DNA of 34,590 nucleotides from Thermoplasmatota archaeon (GTDB lineage: Archaea; Thermoplasmatota; Poseidoniia; Poseidoniales; Poseidoniaceae), in contig JAURMD010000058.1 in the NCBI GenBank assembly GCA_030830875.1, forward strand, positions 1 through 34,590, in the 5' to 3' direction. The position numbers and the translations under genes were made by a program. The notes under the pieces were generated by a model. It was not told the origin of the DNA, did no database searches, and was given only the letters and a program-made list of their open reading frames with translations. Below are positions 34,515 through 34,590 of this stretch, piece after piece. Positions within the stretch are counted from its first letter, which is position 1, and every line of letters starts with the position of its first letter.

Positions 34515-34590
34515 CGGGGGGAGGGTCAGCGGCGTTCGAGGCCTCGCTGCACCATGATGCTCGTCGTGTTGAAGGTGGCCACGGGGTGCA

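Noticed and set aside
34526..34590. Possible 3-prime end of a minus-strand gene upstream of parA-2 (...HPVATFNTTSIMVQRGLERR*)
   Set aside because: Only about 20 codons at the window edge; cannot be distinguished from promoter sequence.

Overview
GC-rich archaeal chromosomal segment. Gene content and protein style (archaeal r-proteins, aIF5B, EF-1alpha, PolB with PIP box, thrombospondin-type-3 and PKD surface proteins, bacterial-type desaturase) suggest Thermoplasmatota, most likely Marine Group II/Poseidoniales; this is an inference. The window holds core informational genes: rpl7ae-rps28e-rpl24e-ndk-infB, a GINS-like gene, tuf-rps10, polB, rps8e-srp19, a PUA protein and two convergent tRNA-Leu genes. 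These are mixed with lineage-type genes: two Soj/ParA ATPases with different small partner genes, a MoxR ATPase, an 853-aa charged coiled-coil protein, large surface proteins, a P1B ATPase with a triple zinc-ribbon protein, IlvE and a delta-9-type desaturase. I saw no mobile element or CRISPR array. Best leads: (1) a ParA followed by a 131-aa protein carrying only the ParB N-terminal ParA-activating motif; (2) a second ParA followed by an RHH protein and a half-PIN protein that looks catalytically dead; (3) a coiled coil with a 19-residue non-heptad pattern; (4) a K-turn burying the RBS and start codon of rpl7ae; (5) a fatty acid desaturase in an archaeon.
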